Below the pieces are notes generated by a model. It was not told where the DNA came from, searched no databases, and saw only the letters and a program-made list of their open reading frames with translations. Positions 1 through 13,783 of a stretch of DNA of 64,000 nucleotides are shown piece by piece. The first letter of the stretch is position 1. Each line of letters begins with the position of its first letter. A program made the position numbers and the translations under genes. This DNA comes from Laetmonice hystrix (lineage: Eukaryota), in the NCBI GenBank assembly GCA_965235115.1, contig OZ249436.1, positions 20,276,001 to 20,340,000 of the forward strand. The letters run 5' to 3'.

Positions 1-1215
1 TCCATGACCCTCATGCACCTCTCGACAGGAGAGTTCCTGCACCTCCTCCTTCATACTTAACGCAATATACAGTGCCCGTGCAAGAGATCTGGCCCAGTTT
101 AAATTCTCCTTCTGTCTTGTCAATGTAAAGGAACGTGGACGCTGGTGAACAGTTGGTCACCTCTCGTTTACACAAGTACGAGAAAAGTGAACACGACGTA
201 AACGTTCGACAATTGAATTTTTGACTCACAGTGAGATCGTCGTATTGTCTACTGAGATTTTAAATGAGCCAAGGGGAACCAGAGATTAAGGTTTTACTGC
301 TATAAGTCACATTATGTCGGCTAGTTTTGTCATCTCCAGTGATAGATTAGAGTTCCGTGCCTTTCTAAAAAAGATTAATTTTAGAAAGAAAATGGAGAAA
401 TGGCACTGCGCCTACGCCATATACGACCAAGCAGTATTACCGTGGTTAAATATGGCCAGACTTGCCTGTCTTCCGGCGATTTGGCTCCAGCGCTCGGTGT
501 GCTATAATGCACTTACGAACGACCGCACAACGCATCTGCGCAATAATTTTGATTCATGTTCAGATAAATGCGCAGGGCCTTAGAGACCAATGCTCTGCTA
601 ATAGGATGTGTGACAACCTCGTACTGAAGTTCGGCGAAGCTGTCCACGAGTTATAAATAAACATGTTTAAAATAGAAGGCGATTAATGTTGGATCAAACA
701 TATAGCTCTATAATCATAATTGCATTTTATGACACCATGTAAATAATTCCGTTATATTGCGTTGGTTACAAGATCTAGTGATAGGTTTCATACGTGATGT
801 AAATATATGCCTCCGCCCACTGAAGGTCTCGCGAACTCGAGGACACCTGTTGTCAGTTTATAATTTATGTATGAACACTGATAACACGATTACGTGCATG
901 TCGGCCTCTATATTTACTTCAATCTGCTGAATCCGCTATGATCGTTTAGGTGGTCGGACGAGTACGTCTGCATTGTCTCCTCATTGTGCCTCGTCAGCAT
1001 TTGCTTCGCCAGGATTTCCTTTTGGGGAATCTTTGGTGGAGATGTCAGGAGATTGTTCAGTTGGTGGGAGGGGGTGGAAGTGTCTTCATGCATGATTGTC
1101 ATGAGGTCGGAGTCAGAAGACAGGCATGACTGGAGAGTTTGTCGCGTCATTAAAGCTGAATTTCAGGTTGTGCAGAAGCCGAGGGGTATTAACATTACCG
1201 ATGCACAAACCTCAC

Positions 1216-1521
1216 CTGAAAAGGACATACGAGCAGTCTGCTATATTCTGCATCAACTGCTCTTCCCTTTTATTTCCGCCCGAAGCGGTGACAGGTCCTG
1301 TCACATTCTTGGACGGTTTCCCGTTGCCTGCAATTGAAGTAGGCTGCCGACTGACAACTTCCGAGAGACGTTTGGAAGAAACGTTGATGAGACGTAAAGT
1401 GCGGAATCCGAAGCGACATCCGGTTGAATCCATCACACTGTTTGTCGGCTTGGATTTTTCTCGGCACACGAGGGAGCGATTAAAGTGACAAACAGAACCG
1501 TCACGGCTGTAGAGGCCTTGG
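1216..1521 (-). other. Candidate 306-nt internal exon of an unidentified minus-strand transcript
   Basis: Minus-strand acceptor ...tactcccacag| and donor AG|gtgag. Length divisible by 3 and the frame is open throughout (ORF 1212-1535). No recognisable family. Confidence 0.3.
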
Positions 1522-3689
1522 CTGTGGGAGTACACGTAAAATACATTTTTGAGTATATCCGATTATACAGGAACTTTAACATCAGAATTGGAATTCTAAA
1601 TTAGACCTGCCACGACTGATTGGTGGCTCGGAAGGATTGGAAGCACGGTTGAGGTCTGCTGCATGCGTTTCTAAATACAAACGGTTAACGTTCTTTTGCT
1701 AAACTCGATAGCAGTTCGAGATCGCTTTTATTGTCTTAAATAGTGACAAATGACCGTCATCTACAGTGACGAATTATGTAAGTGCGATATTTTGCTGTGA
1801 TAGTATATCTACTTGCGCGAAACTAAAGACGGTCGAGAAAGCATTGGATAAGCAAATATGCTTTATGTAATAAGAAAAATAAAATAAAGAAGAAGGCAAC
1901 TTTTCGCTTGGCGCACCAAGGTTTGTATAAAAAACCGTCGTTGTTTTATAATGCCACGAAGGATACTGATTTCAGATCTATGAGGCATTCTCTTGAGAGT
2001 CGCTCTTTCAGGGAAGATACCAGAAGTGGCACAGTAATATTGACAGGATGCTGGGTAATAATTACATTTCCATGTGGACTATTAGTTGTACTTACCAAGA
2101 GCGGCCTCCTGTTATATAGTTTTATAAGTACACCTTGTGAGGCAATTACTATTTCCTGTTTCATGTGTGGATTTTTCGTTTATTATTTTTTCGTTTATTA
2201 TTCCCGTTGCATGGGATTGAAGAAACCCTTTCCACTGGTGCAGAGGTAGAGTAAGTGGGGATTTCTATATAATTATCTTAATTCACAGGCCAAGGGGCAG
2301 ACCTTTTTTCTTCAAACTACGATTAAGTATTTCGTTGCCAAACGCTCAGTGACTATCTCCTGTGTTTTGGCTAGAGAAGAGACGATGCTGTATTATTTCC
2401 ACAATTCTGTGCTGATATGGCACTTTGAGAGACTATGCAAATGAGAACCATCTGCATGACTGATAAACAAACCTGACTAATTGTGTTCATTAAAATTGAA
2501 ATTGGCGTCTGTTAGCTCTAAATGTAGTAAGATAATCAGACTTCTCAATGACACATACCTTCAATCGCATTCCATCATAAAATATTAGGCGCCATTAATG
2601 GCATTGTCTATCTGTCCTCTGTCACCATGCATTGTTCCAAACGGAGATCAATGATCATTAAGATTTCTACATCGATCCAGCAGGAATGGGTGACGTGTCA
2701 TTTATTTCTCTGAAAGACTATTCACCTTGACGTTCAAATTCAAAACTCAGTGTATTGTGTGATCAAGTGTTGTACCAGAAGATGGCTCTTGAAGTCAACT
2801 CTTGAAAGTTTGTTCGAAAAATCTCGCCGAGCACACATTACCAATAATTTAACTTTATTTAAATGTTCGTTAATGGCGACAGTATTATATCACGGGTCCA
2901 ATTATTCAAGTCATAAACCTATCCTTAGTTGCTCTCAAACTTGACTTGGTATTCACAGGAATTATTGAAGAGTTTCTTACCTAATTATAGTCTGCAATGT
3001 ACAATTGATATCGTATGAGACCTTTAATCGGATGATGGCTGTTCCTCAGTTTTCTGTATAGAAAACCATTTGTAGGTTTTTTTTCAAGAAACGGACATCA
3101 AGCAACACGGTAGTTATTGGAAGGGGGCATTTTCGTTTGACCTATTCAGGAAGCGATAGAGTATACGGTGTGGCACCGTGATAAGGGGGTGAACGACCGG
3201 CTGTCTAGGTGCATGCTGTGGTTCGGAAGCGATTTATTCTCTTCAGTTTTGTTGATATACGACCCCTTGTGTAGTAGTATTGACTATGATGGAGGGGGTT
3301 AGCTGCTAGGATGGTTTGTTCCAGAAGTAGCTCACTCATTAATTAACCTGGGAGCCTCGATACATGTCGTTACATCATCAGTCAACAGTGAATGACACCA
3401 GGCAGATCTGATCGATCATCATATTTGGAGGTCAAACAATTAAACGCGTCTCAATTTCGATAAGTTCTCCCGAACAAGAGAAACGTTTATTAATTCTGAA
3501 TGTAAATAATGTAAATCAACACCATGGCTGCACAACAGATGTTTCTAGTTCTCTGTCCGTGTCTAGCTAGTTTAAAAGGACACACGTCTTATATATCGGA
3601 GTGAGTGAGTGAGTAGTTGGTGTTTAACGCCCAGTCAGTCTTATATATCGGTCATTTAAATCTACTTTGTCATTTTGACAGTTACCTGC

Positions 3690-3800
3690 TGCAGAGTCGG
3701 TGGGGTTTCCCATGTATTCCGGCTTTCCCTACCAGCAAAACCGACTGCCTCGATATGACCCTAGATCTACCCGAGGCGTAAAGCCCCAATGCAAATTCAA
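3690..3800 (+). mobile_element. SINE 3' portion (degenerate V-domain-like core)
   Basis: gtcggtggggtttccc...ttccggctttccc...gatatgacccta...ggcgtaaagcccc resembles the reverse complement of 16771-16890. Confidence 0.5.
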
Positions 3801-4359
3801 AATCCAATGACCCACATTGTATAATTGCTTCCAAAAAGCAATATATGAATCACTATAAATGCAAAAGAAGTTTGGTAGGCATTGAATAATACAGAAGTGG
3901 TAATTACAAGATGAGACTGCGATAGTACAAGGTGATTTGTATTCCTGTAGTATCCATGATATTTAACTTCGGCGTAAATGGCTGCAGCGTGCAGCAATCT
4001 GTCGGCACACAAACCCATGGGGGACTGTGCGCGTGTCGGCACACAAACCCATGGGGGACTGTGCGCGTGTCGGCAGACCCATATTTGTTCAGCACTGCCC
4101 GGAGGCAGATACTTCTTGCGATTTCTCTTCAGTCTTCAAACAGACGCCGACTGGTTATTTGAATAAGTTACATCCAAAACAGAATCGGACCCCGCTTGGC
4201 TCATTTTAAATCGTATCATCTTCGGTGAAACACAGTTAAGTGTATGCTGTATTCTAATGAAGATTTTGTCTAAATTGTTATACGCTAAATGTCAGGCAGA
4301 GAGATCGGCTCTTGTCCGACACGTTACTTGTAGGACAGACTTGTATTTAGAGAGAAAGA

Positions 4360-4540
4360 CAGTGCAGACAGAAAGACAGACAGACAGAGACAGACAGAGA
4401 CAGAGGGAGACAGAGACAGAGACAGACAGACACAGAGGCAGAGACAGAGAGAGGCAGAGAGACAAAGAGAGACAGAGAGAGGCAGAGAGACAAAGAGAGA
4501 GAGAGACAGAGAGTCAGAGAGAGACAGAGAGACAGAGAAA
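4360..4540. repeat. (AGAC)/(AG) compound microsatellite
   Basis: Directly visible. Confidence 0.95.
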
Positions 4541-4574
4541 CAGCTTTACTTACTGGAGAAAGAATTCCGAAGTA

Positions 4575-4690
4575 TTCGAAGGAAAACCACGGGGAAACCA
4601 GCCATCATCAGGTACAAGGAGATTTAGACCCGAGGAGCGACCGCTTTGATGAAGACACAGATGCTCAGACCACTGCGCCACCACGACCCA
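4575..4690 (-). mobile_element. tRNA-derived SINE head
   Basis: Minus strand reads ggtcgtggtggcgcagtggtctgagcatc...ggtctaaatc, with an A-box (TGGCGCAGTGG) and a degenerate B-box. Confidence 0.45.
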
Positions 4691-6261
4691 CCATGTAATG
4701 AACACAAGCTAGGGTCTCCAGAGATCACCACCTCCGCTCGCTACTGGCTTATCTACAAACACAAAATTACACGATGAATTGCCGTCCCTGGTCGTGTAAC
4801 GAATCCAAGAGCACCCGGCGATAATTTCCCATATGGTTACGCACCACCAGATCTACACACTGATAAAGCAATGACGACACCTCGCCATGTGCAGTATGAA
4901 ATCAAAAATGGACATAATATGTACAGTACTGTTTTTCTGTTTTTATCAGAAACCATTGCTTAAAGGTCTCGTTCTCACTGACGTTCTAGGAGACCGTAAT
5001 TACATAATTCTGGCAGTATAATTTATGCATCAAGTCCTTCAGTCCGACAGAACTCTCCCAATGCCCTCATGATGGTAGGCATTGCTTTTCAGCTTTGAGT
5101 TAATAAAATTGTAAATATATCTTATGTACAGTTAAAATGAAAGCTTCGATATCCAAAGTCTAGTCAACCTTCTTGGAAAGGGGCCAACGGGGTCATTTGT
5201 TAAAAGGAATATGTAAAATTAATATTAATATTGTATGGATGCAAATATTAACATCTGTGTTGCGGTAAAGATCAATTTCTAGAAGGCACCCGTTCGTGAG
5301 AGGTCCTCCTCGGTTGAGGTTGAGGATGCCGTGGGCTGTATCATGACGTGGCTGTCTGTGATACAGCAGGCTTGACGTCAACAAGGACAATTTTTGTTGC
5401 CACCAAGGAGATTAAAGGCGTTGTCATCAGTGGAGGAGGCAGTGTGCACTCCCCTGACACTTCACTGACACTCCACTGACACGGAGTCCCCGATCGGACA
5501 TTTGCCGCACCGAATACGCTTGCCACGATGTCTGGGGTTTTGTGGAATTAGCCTCATCTAGATATTAGTTTATTTAATTTTTTTGTTTGAAATTTTGGTG
5601 ATCTGTAATAGTTTTACAGATTTCCTTTTAAGAATAAATATTCCCGCAAATGCCAAGAGTTAAAGGCTGAATCGTTCCGATCGGTTGAACAGACGTCTGA
5701 TCAATGTCATCCTACTGCTATTAGCTATTAGCTATTTAGCATTGCAATTTTCCTTACTAGATTATTGTCTTTTATCGTTGCTGCATTAACAAATTGAAAG
5801 CGTCGGAGACTCAATGGCTGACAAGCGATCGTTATTAAATTCAGATGTGTGACGAGAATCGTGAAGAAAGTTATTACTAATAATTCAAAGACGTAACATT
5901 ATAAAGATACGTTACATTTCAATAATTATAAAGATACATTACATTTCAATAATTTATTACGGAATCCGTGAAGTAGTTGGTGGATAAACCCTATATTTTG
6001 CTAAACCAATGGTCACGTACCGTACCGCTGGGTAGTGGTGGGGGTGGGGGTGGGTGGGGTGGGGTGGGGGGTGGGGGTTGGTGGGGGTTGGTGGGGTCAG
6101 TGCCGTGAGCCTTGGATCATTTATAACCCCTGTAAAATGTGCAGCAGAGATTTCTTTTCATCTGTTTCAGTCTAGATCTGACTTATGTTTGGTCGACGAT
6201 ATACGCTTACAGCAGGACACTATACCTTTAAAATATAATATATAATATAAATATAATATAT

Positions 6262-6901
6262 GGTTCAAAGTGAGGTGTACCTGTACGGACGTCTAGGGTT
6301 CAAAGTGAGGTGTACCTGTAAGGACGTCTAGGGTTCAAAGTGAGGTGTACCTGTAAGGACGTCTAGGGTTCAAAGTGAGGTGTACCTGTACGGACGACTA
6401 GGGTTCAAAGTGAGGTGTACCTGTACGGACGTCTAGGGTTCAAAGTGAGGTGTACCTGTAGGGACGTCTAGGGTTCAAAGTGAGGTGTACCTGTACGGAC
6501 GTCTAGGGTTCAAAGTGAGGTGTACCTGTACGGACGTCGAGGGTTCAAAGTGAGGTGTACCTGTACGGACGTCTAGGTTTCAAAGTGAGGTGTACCTGTA
6601 CGGACGTCTAGGGTTCAAAGTGAGGTGTACCTGTACGGACGTTTAGGGTTCAAAGTGAGGTGTACCTGTACGGACGTCTAGGGTTCAAAGTGAGGTGTAC
6701 CTGTACGGACGTCTAGGGTTCAAAGTGAGGTGTACCTGTACGGACGTCTAGGATTCAAAGTGAGGTGTCCCTGTACGGACGTCTAGGGTTCAAAGTGAGG
6801 TGTACCTGTACGGACGTCTAGGGTTCAAAGTGAGGTGTACCTGTACGGACGTCTAGGGTTCAAAGTGAGGTGTACCTGTAAGGGCGTCTAGGGTTCAAAG
6901 T
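6262..6901. repeat. 35-bp minisatellite, ~18 copies
   Basis: Unit ggttcaaagtgaggtgtacctgtacggacgtctag, near-identical copies. Confidence 0.97.
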
Positions 6902-6989
6902 CATCATCCCTAACTCCCTGCAACAACGCAATTAGACTCTGTGCGGACATGGTGCGACCACGTCCCATCGTGTCTGCAGCAGTGGACCG

Positions 6990-8162
6990 GCTGATGGTGG
7001 GTGTGTAGTGGGCTGATGGTGGGTGTGTAGTGGGCTGATGATGGGTGTGTAGTGGGCTGACGGTGGGTGTGTAGTGGGCTGACGGTGGGTGTGTAGTGGG
7101 CTGACGGTGGGTGTGTAGTGGGCTGACGGTGGGTGTGTAGTTGGCTGACGGTGGGTGTGTAGTGGGCTGACGGTGGGTGCGTAGTGGGCTGACGGTGGGT
7201 GTGTAGTGGGCTGATGGTGGGTGTGTAGTGGGCTGATGGTGGGTGTGTAGTGGGCTGACGGTGGGTGTGTAGTGGGCTGACGGTGGGTGTGTAGTGGGCT
7301 GACGGTGGGTGTGTAGTGGGCTGATGGTGGGTGTGTAGTGGGCTGACGGTGGGTGTGTAGTGGGCTGACGGTGGGTGTGTAGTTGGCTGACGGTGGGTGT
7401 GTAGTGGGCTGACGGTGGGTGTGTAGTGGGCTGATGGTGGGTGTGTAGTGGGCTGATGGTGGGTGTGTAGTGGGCTGATGGTGGGTGTGTAGTGGGCTGA
7501 CGGTGGGTGCGTAGTGGGCTGACGGTGGGTGTGTAGTGGGCTGATGGTGGGTGTGTAGTGGGCTGATGGTGGGTGTGTAGTGGGCTGACGGTGGGTGTGT
7601 AGTGGGCTGACGGTGGGTGTGTAGTGGGCTGAAGGTGGGTGTGTAGTGGGCTGATGGTGGGTGTGTAGTGGGCTGATGGTGGGTGTGTAGTGGGCTGACG
7701 GTGGGTGTGTAGTGGGCTGATGGTGGGTGTGTAGTTGGCTGACGGTGGGTGTGTAGTTGGCTGATGGTGGGTGTGTAGTTGGCTGACGGTGGGTGTGTAG
7801 TGGGCTGACGGTGGGTGTGTAGTGGGCTGATGGTGGGTGTGTAGTGGGCTGATGGTGGGTGTGTAGTGGGCTGATGGTGGGTGTGTAGTGGGCTGACGGT
7901 GGGTGTGTAGTGGGCTGATGGTGGGTGTGTAGTGGGCTGACGGTGGGTGTGTAGTGGGCTGATGGTGGGTGTGTAGTGGGCTGATGGTGGGTGTGTAGTG
8001 GGCTGACGGTGGGTGTGTAGTTGGCTGACGGTGGGTGTGTAGTGGGCTGATGGTGGGTGTGTAGTGGGCTGATGGTGGGTGTGTAGTGGGCTGACGGTGG
8101 GTGTGTAGTGGGCTGACGGTGGGTGTGTAGTGGGCTGATGGTGGGTGTGTAGTGGGCTGACG
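6990..8162. repeat. 22-bp G-rich minisatellite, ~53 copies
   Basis: Unit gggtgtgtagtgggctga(c/t)ggt. Confidence 0.97.
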
Positions 8163-9589
8163 ATCGGAGCGTTTCAAGTTGTCGTAGCCCGTCTCACACA
8201 TTGCGATATTCCCGATGCCGCATCATGACGTGACGTAGCCGCGTCCCAAGCGTCGTTCCTGGGTTCATATCGAGGTTAACGTTGTTAAAAAAGTTTATGT
8301 TTATAGATTTTACATCTTTCAGAGAAGTGCAGCATTCCGCCCTTCCTCTGGACGGCATCGACTAATGTCCCACTGTGAAGTCGACCGAATTACCGTAATG
8401 ACTTTTCAAGAGACAAATTGAAAGAAACGCCAAAATACCGAGCTATTTCTTTCAACCAGCGTTACAAATTGCATGGACATTCCTCCAAGGGCATCCGTAA
8501 TTTGACGATGTCCTGCTGGGCTCTTTCACACCGCCCAGATATGCGACCTGGAATAAAGGGTAATTATAAGGAAAACATGCTTAGCCATGCACAGCCCATC
8601 GGAAGATATCAGGCTGGGAGTGGCGTTGGGAATTTTGAAAAGATAATTAAAGATCTTGTTCGGTGAAGGTAGGAATAATTGCTATTAATGGGGAGAAAAC
8701 GTACTAATTGCTCGATTTCGAGGTAATGGATGCAGGGGAAGTTTGTTTGCTAATTCAACTTAACAATCTAGTGCATGTCTTAGTGTGGTAATTGACTTCA
8801 CTAGCCTTCCATGACTGTGGTGGACCCTTGCAATAACTAAAAGCTGCCTTCAAAAGACTGTCGTCCTACGTGAATCGTGAATCGTGAATCAGATGCAATC
8901 ACAAATTGATTGATCGATTTTCTAGATTTTACAATTTGCCTTGCGAGACCTTACGTCTGATCAAAACTGCGCCATTTTCGCGCATAATACAAGAGCGGCC
9001 CTACTTGCAGAATGCTATCCAATCAGGAACCCCCTAATTGAACGCCGTCACAATTCGCCCGTGGCGCTGTTGCTGTGCATTTTACATTCTGCTTCCTTCC
9101 TGACGGAACATCTTTCCCGGATGAGGTAAATTTGACCCAGGCGGAAGTGAAATAGACCGAGGTCTCTCAGCCCTTTGCACTGCCTCTTTTTTTTAAATAC
9201 CCAAACATCGACATCCTTTTCACAAGCATTTTAGAAGATTGTCATATTGAGTGGTAGATTCTAAATGAGTCTTAAGACTTTGTTCGTGCATATCAGATTC
9301 TTTACAGCCAATCCAAGATTTCAAGATCTACGTCCTCACATGGCGTGTGTGAAAAACACACACAAAAAAAACAAAACAAAAAGACGTTTGAACATCTGTG
9401 CGAACCGGATCGGGTTGGTATTGACTTCACCTTTGTTAAAAGCTTGATAGCGACAACTGCTCTACCTATGTTTAAATAACCATTTCTTTAGTGTATCAAA
9501 ACCAAGTAAGTTTAGTCAACATGCACTGACTGCAAAGCTTGTTCAGAAAGCATAGCTTGTTATTAATAACGTTATCAGCAGCTCGACAG

Positions 9590-9719
9590 ATTCCCTACGC
9601 GGTTGCCATTGATATAATTGTACATACTGCAGTTTTACCTCTGATGGCAGGTGGATTCCGTACGCGGTTGCCATTAATATAATTGTACATACTGCAGTTT
9701 TACCTCCGATGGCAGGTGG
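9590..9719. repeat. ~65-bp tandem duplication
   Basis: gattcc(c/g)tacgcggttgccatt...gatggcaggtg occurs twice. Confidence 0.85.
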
Positions 9720-12192
9720 TCTGTTATTATGATCAATGACGTAGATACTGCCTTGTAATATTGTGGTTTATGCTGAAAACAAGTTGGCAAAATCGTCCTT
9801 TGGAACAAGCTAAAACCGCGTCCTGCATCAATGTGACTGCACTTAGTGTTATTTTGAGAACCAATGGTGATATTCAGACAGGCTATAATGTGCGTGGCTA
9901 GCCTTCATGCACGGCTGACCGGCAATTTGTTGTGGCCAGCTCCACTCTATTTTGAGATCGGTCATCAGCTACGAACCATGCCAATAAGGAGGGTTGCTTT
10001 GAATATCCCTACTCAAGTTGAGTGAGGCTCAGTGGATTAGTAGCTCTAATGATTTCAAAATACGATTAATAATCCTAATTTGCGATAGCTTTATGATTGG
10101 TCACTTAAGTAGTGTACACTAAAGACATTGACGTCAGCAAAATGTTTCACTTTTATAAAGTGACGTTCCCGTTCATCAATACACATGCACAACCTTTCAC
10201 CATGCCAAAGTTTATGAATAGTAAGCGTTTGTTTGAATGGACTAAGAGTGGCCTATCCCTGGGGAAAATATAATCTTTGCACGACGTCTGAACGACCTCT
10301 TGATGTGTCTTCTCAGTAACTACAACATAATGCCCTAATAAAGTGTTGTTTTATAGCTATTTAAATTACTCTGGCTGGCGTTTATGATTCATCCAATTCG
10401 GCAATGTCCCTAATACAGTGAGGTGACAAATTCCTCTCCCTCCCCACAGGGACTCCGAGGAAACGAACTCAGAAAGGCAATAAAACCAGAGTGCTGCCGC
10501 CGCTGATGTAGTCCTGACAGCCACTCGTACAAGCCCCTACAGAGGCAGCAGACTGCATATAATTTCATGGTATTCTTTCTTATACATTAGACGAAACAGG
10601 GGGAAAAAACCTTCCATTTCTCGTCTGTTATTTTCATCGGAAAATATTGTTTTACCGTGTGCCACCAGTCGGGGAGGATTGTATACAGTCATTAAGTCCA
10701 ACAGTATTCGATTGGGGCTGGGTTTTTTTCTTAAAGGATTTATGTCAATCGACATCGCCTATCAAATGTCGCCAACGTTAAAGCAATGGGGCACGTCGCC
10801 AGAACAGGCGACATATTACCTTATATGGGCCGGCGACGTCCCATTTGGCGATGTCGCCGGCTTAGTAAGACGGGGCCCTGGTTGAGCGTTACAGGCCGTT
10901 CGGCCGGGTTTCGTGTTTACCTCGTCAAAATCCATGCATCTTCTGTCACAAGCAGCGTTTCCGCCAGGAGGCTAAAAAGGTAAAATTCCGTACCCCAAAA
11001 AATCCTGGGGTGAAGATACGTACCCCCAAAAACTGAAGTGATAAAAAAACATAAATACAAAAGAATCATGATTTGTACAACTGTGTCTTTAAAGATTAAA
11101 ACACTCTTAGATGCCTGGAAATGGCATCTAAAAATCCATTTTTAGGCCCCCAAGACCCCCTGGCGACCATAAAAAGGATCATGGCGGAAACCATGACAAG
11201 CATACCATGACAAGCATACTTATTAGGATTAATATACATAGGTTTTGTAAAAGACAGTGACGAAATGCACCCTCATAATTCTACATTTCTGGTAGGGATC
11301 GCTCGAAAGCAAGGCTGCGGCTATGCTGCTTCTTCGCGGAACCGTAGTGCACACTGCATGTGCACAAATATATAGTTCCCCGACGAAACCGTTAATTTTT
11401 TTTAACATGTTCACGCCAATAGCTATTCAACAGTACATCGCTACTTAAGTCATCATCTGTTGAGAAAATAACGAACTCCAGCTAAAAATCCATCCCGAAG
11501 GTGAAGAGGGCAGGTCCAGGAAAAGACGCGCGTATTTCCAAATTTTCTGGTTTTCACATATTTAAAAAAAGAAATACTTGGAAAATCCAATCAGGCAAGT
11601 AGACAGAGCTGTAGAACCTAATTATCATGCACTATTGAAGCAATGTTTTCCAAAGTATATGAAATAGTTGACTTTTTAATGTGAGTCAAGTCGATTATGG
11701 GATTCTGCCCAACTGACAACAAAAACTACTTCACACCACAGGACACGCTGGTTTGTATGGCAGATGTACATTTTTACGATACACTTTGTGAACCGAAGAT
11801 TGGGGGTTCATTTGTATAAGAACGAATGCTTTTGACGCATTAAAACATGTTTTATCCGTAATCCCAGTAATACGTATTTGCCTTAGCGATCCCAATCTTC
11901 CTACTTTTCCCAACTTTTTTGATGTCTGTCCTAATTTTACTACTTTTTCTTCAAATACCTACTTTTTTCTACATTTTTGTCTTGCTTTGCCGCAAAAAGT
12001 TCAAGATGCTGCGAAAAGTGTATTTGGTGTGTGTTGGTGTACATTCCACCACCGACAATATAATTATTCAGCTGCATGTTTTTGATATGTTTTAATGTAG
12101 ACCTATACTGTAGGGCCAACCATACTCGTACAGTATTAATTGGGTGGCGGGCCGAGTGGTCCTTCACTGCATCTGTTTTACGTTTTATCTAA

Positions 12193-12627
12193 TGGACATG
12201 ATCTACTTGCGTTGGAATGCTTCCGATTCACCCCTTGCGCGGTTTGAGCTCTTCCGAGGAAAAAATTCCAAATCGGGAATGCCCACAAGCATTTTAGGTG
12301 AATCACGCATTACGAGAGTTCACGAGTGTTGCGAGGGCTTCAGACGTCTTACGAGTGCCAGAGCGCTCTCGGGACCTCCTTACGAGCAGATCAAAAATGT
12401 TAGATATTATCGAAAGGGTGCATAGTACGTGGCCTCGCGTAAGATATCGGAAGACCCTATACAAGTGGATTATGCTTTCCGATTTTATTACGAGTGCTTA
12501 TGCGGGTTACGCAAGCTTACGAATCCTTACGCGGCCTTACGAGCACTTGTACGTACTTCCGAAGCTTCCGAGAGAGAAAAAACCGTAGACGCGCGGAAGC
12601 CATCGCAACGCAAGTGGATCACGTCCT
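12193..12627. mobile_element. MITE, PIF/Harbinger-like
   Basis: Imperfect ~32-bp TIRs ggacatgatctacttgcgttg...ttccg / cggaagc...caacgcaagtggatcacgtcc. Flanks are taa and tta. Confidence 0.7.
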
Positions 12628-13543
12628 TTAGTATGCATCGTCTGCTTTCAGCTAATAAAAGAAACGCACGGATTCTGATGGTAGTGAAATAGATGATGCC
12701 AATGCGTTGTCATCTCTGCACTTCACTCATTCAATTCTCCTCACTTGAGGAAAAGTACTCAAAGAACTCAAAATGAAGACGACAGTCAAGTGATATTAAT
12801 TACTCTGATACACCGATGTCATAACTTCTGTCTCTGACTGTGTCTGTCTGTCTATCTGTCTGTCTGTCTGTCACTTATCGTCATCATAAAGCAATGAAAG
12901 TCAGTACAAGGCATTCTGAACAAAATGTACGGATAAACCTAAAAATATGAAAAACCCAATATTATGCCTTGTAATGCATTCCAACACTCACCTGCAAAAA
13001 CATCCTTTTAAGTGTACCTGTCATACGATAGATCGCTCCCTATTTGGTACCGTGGTGATTATCCGTATAGGCCGGATTAGTAAACCGGTTATTGTTTCCA
13101 AGCCGATGAAGGAGGACATTCACTGCTAGTATCTCAGGGAGGATTTCTCAGTGCAATAACCCGATCTTACCAGTACAATGGGCGTCACGATCAGAAATCC
13201 AAGACGTATCGGAGATGGGCGTAAACATGATTAGGTATGTTCCCATTACGGCGGACCGACAGGAGTCCTCTCTCCTGATGGAATGGTGGCTGTCGTAATG
13301 ACCTGTTATGATACCATAGCGAGGAGGCCCTACATGATCAATGGCTTCTTGAAAACAGCCTTTCGTTGCAAGGCAACTTCATTAAAACAGCTCTCCTGCT
13401 ATGATACGGAGAACCCTGACCGTTCGCCTTCATTTCTGGCATCAGTTAGCTCCTCAATGTGTTATTGATATTACGGCTTGGGTTCCTTGTTAGTTTCCAA
13501 AAGAAACGAGACAGGGTGCTCATATATACTGACATCCACCCCT

Positions 13544-13740
13544 CAGTGGCGGATCAAGATGGGGGGGGGGGGGGCTTTGGGGGCTTAAGCGCCGCCCAGC
13601 TGACTCCAGGGTTATCATTTTGCGGTGTGTTTACGGCGCACCTAAGAGGTTTTATACATACATCAAGCCCCCCCCGTTGCAAAATCCTGTATGTAGCCCC
13701 CCCCCCCCCCAGATGCAAGATCCTGGATGTCCCCCCCCTC
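13544..13740 (+). mobile_element. hAT-like MITE fragment (cagtggcggatc terminus)
   Basis: Diverged inverted copy of 21901-22041. Confidence 0.6.
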
Positions 13741-13783
13741 CCCACAGTTGCAAAGTACAAAGTATGAGCATGCTGCATCTACT

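Noticed and set aside
984..1337. ICFARISFWG as the missing TM5/ICL3 exon of the receptor
   Set aside because: No QY.LP TM5 motif, no basic stretch with a phase-0 donor, and the similarity is superficial.
5341..5545. Cys-rich minus-strand fragment (RIRCGKCP...) as a transposase zinc finger
   Set aside because: It needs frameshifts to complete and is too short to support.
6888..8201. 437-aa His/Pro/Thr-rich ORF
   Set aside because: It is the translation of the 22-bp satellite, which has no stop in any minus frame. The 22-aa period equals three units, so it is not a real gene.
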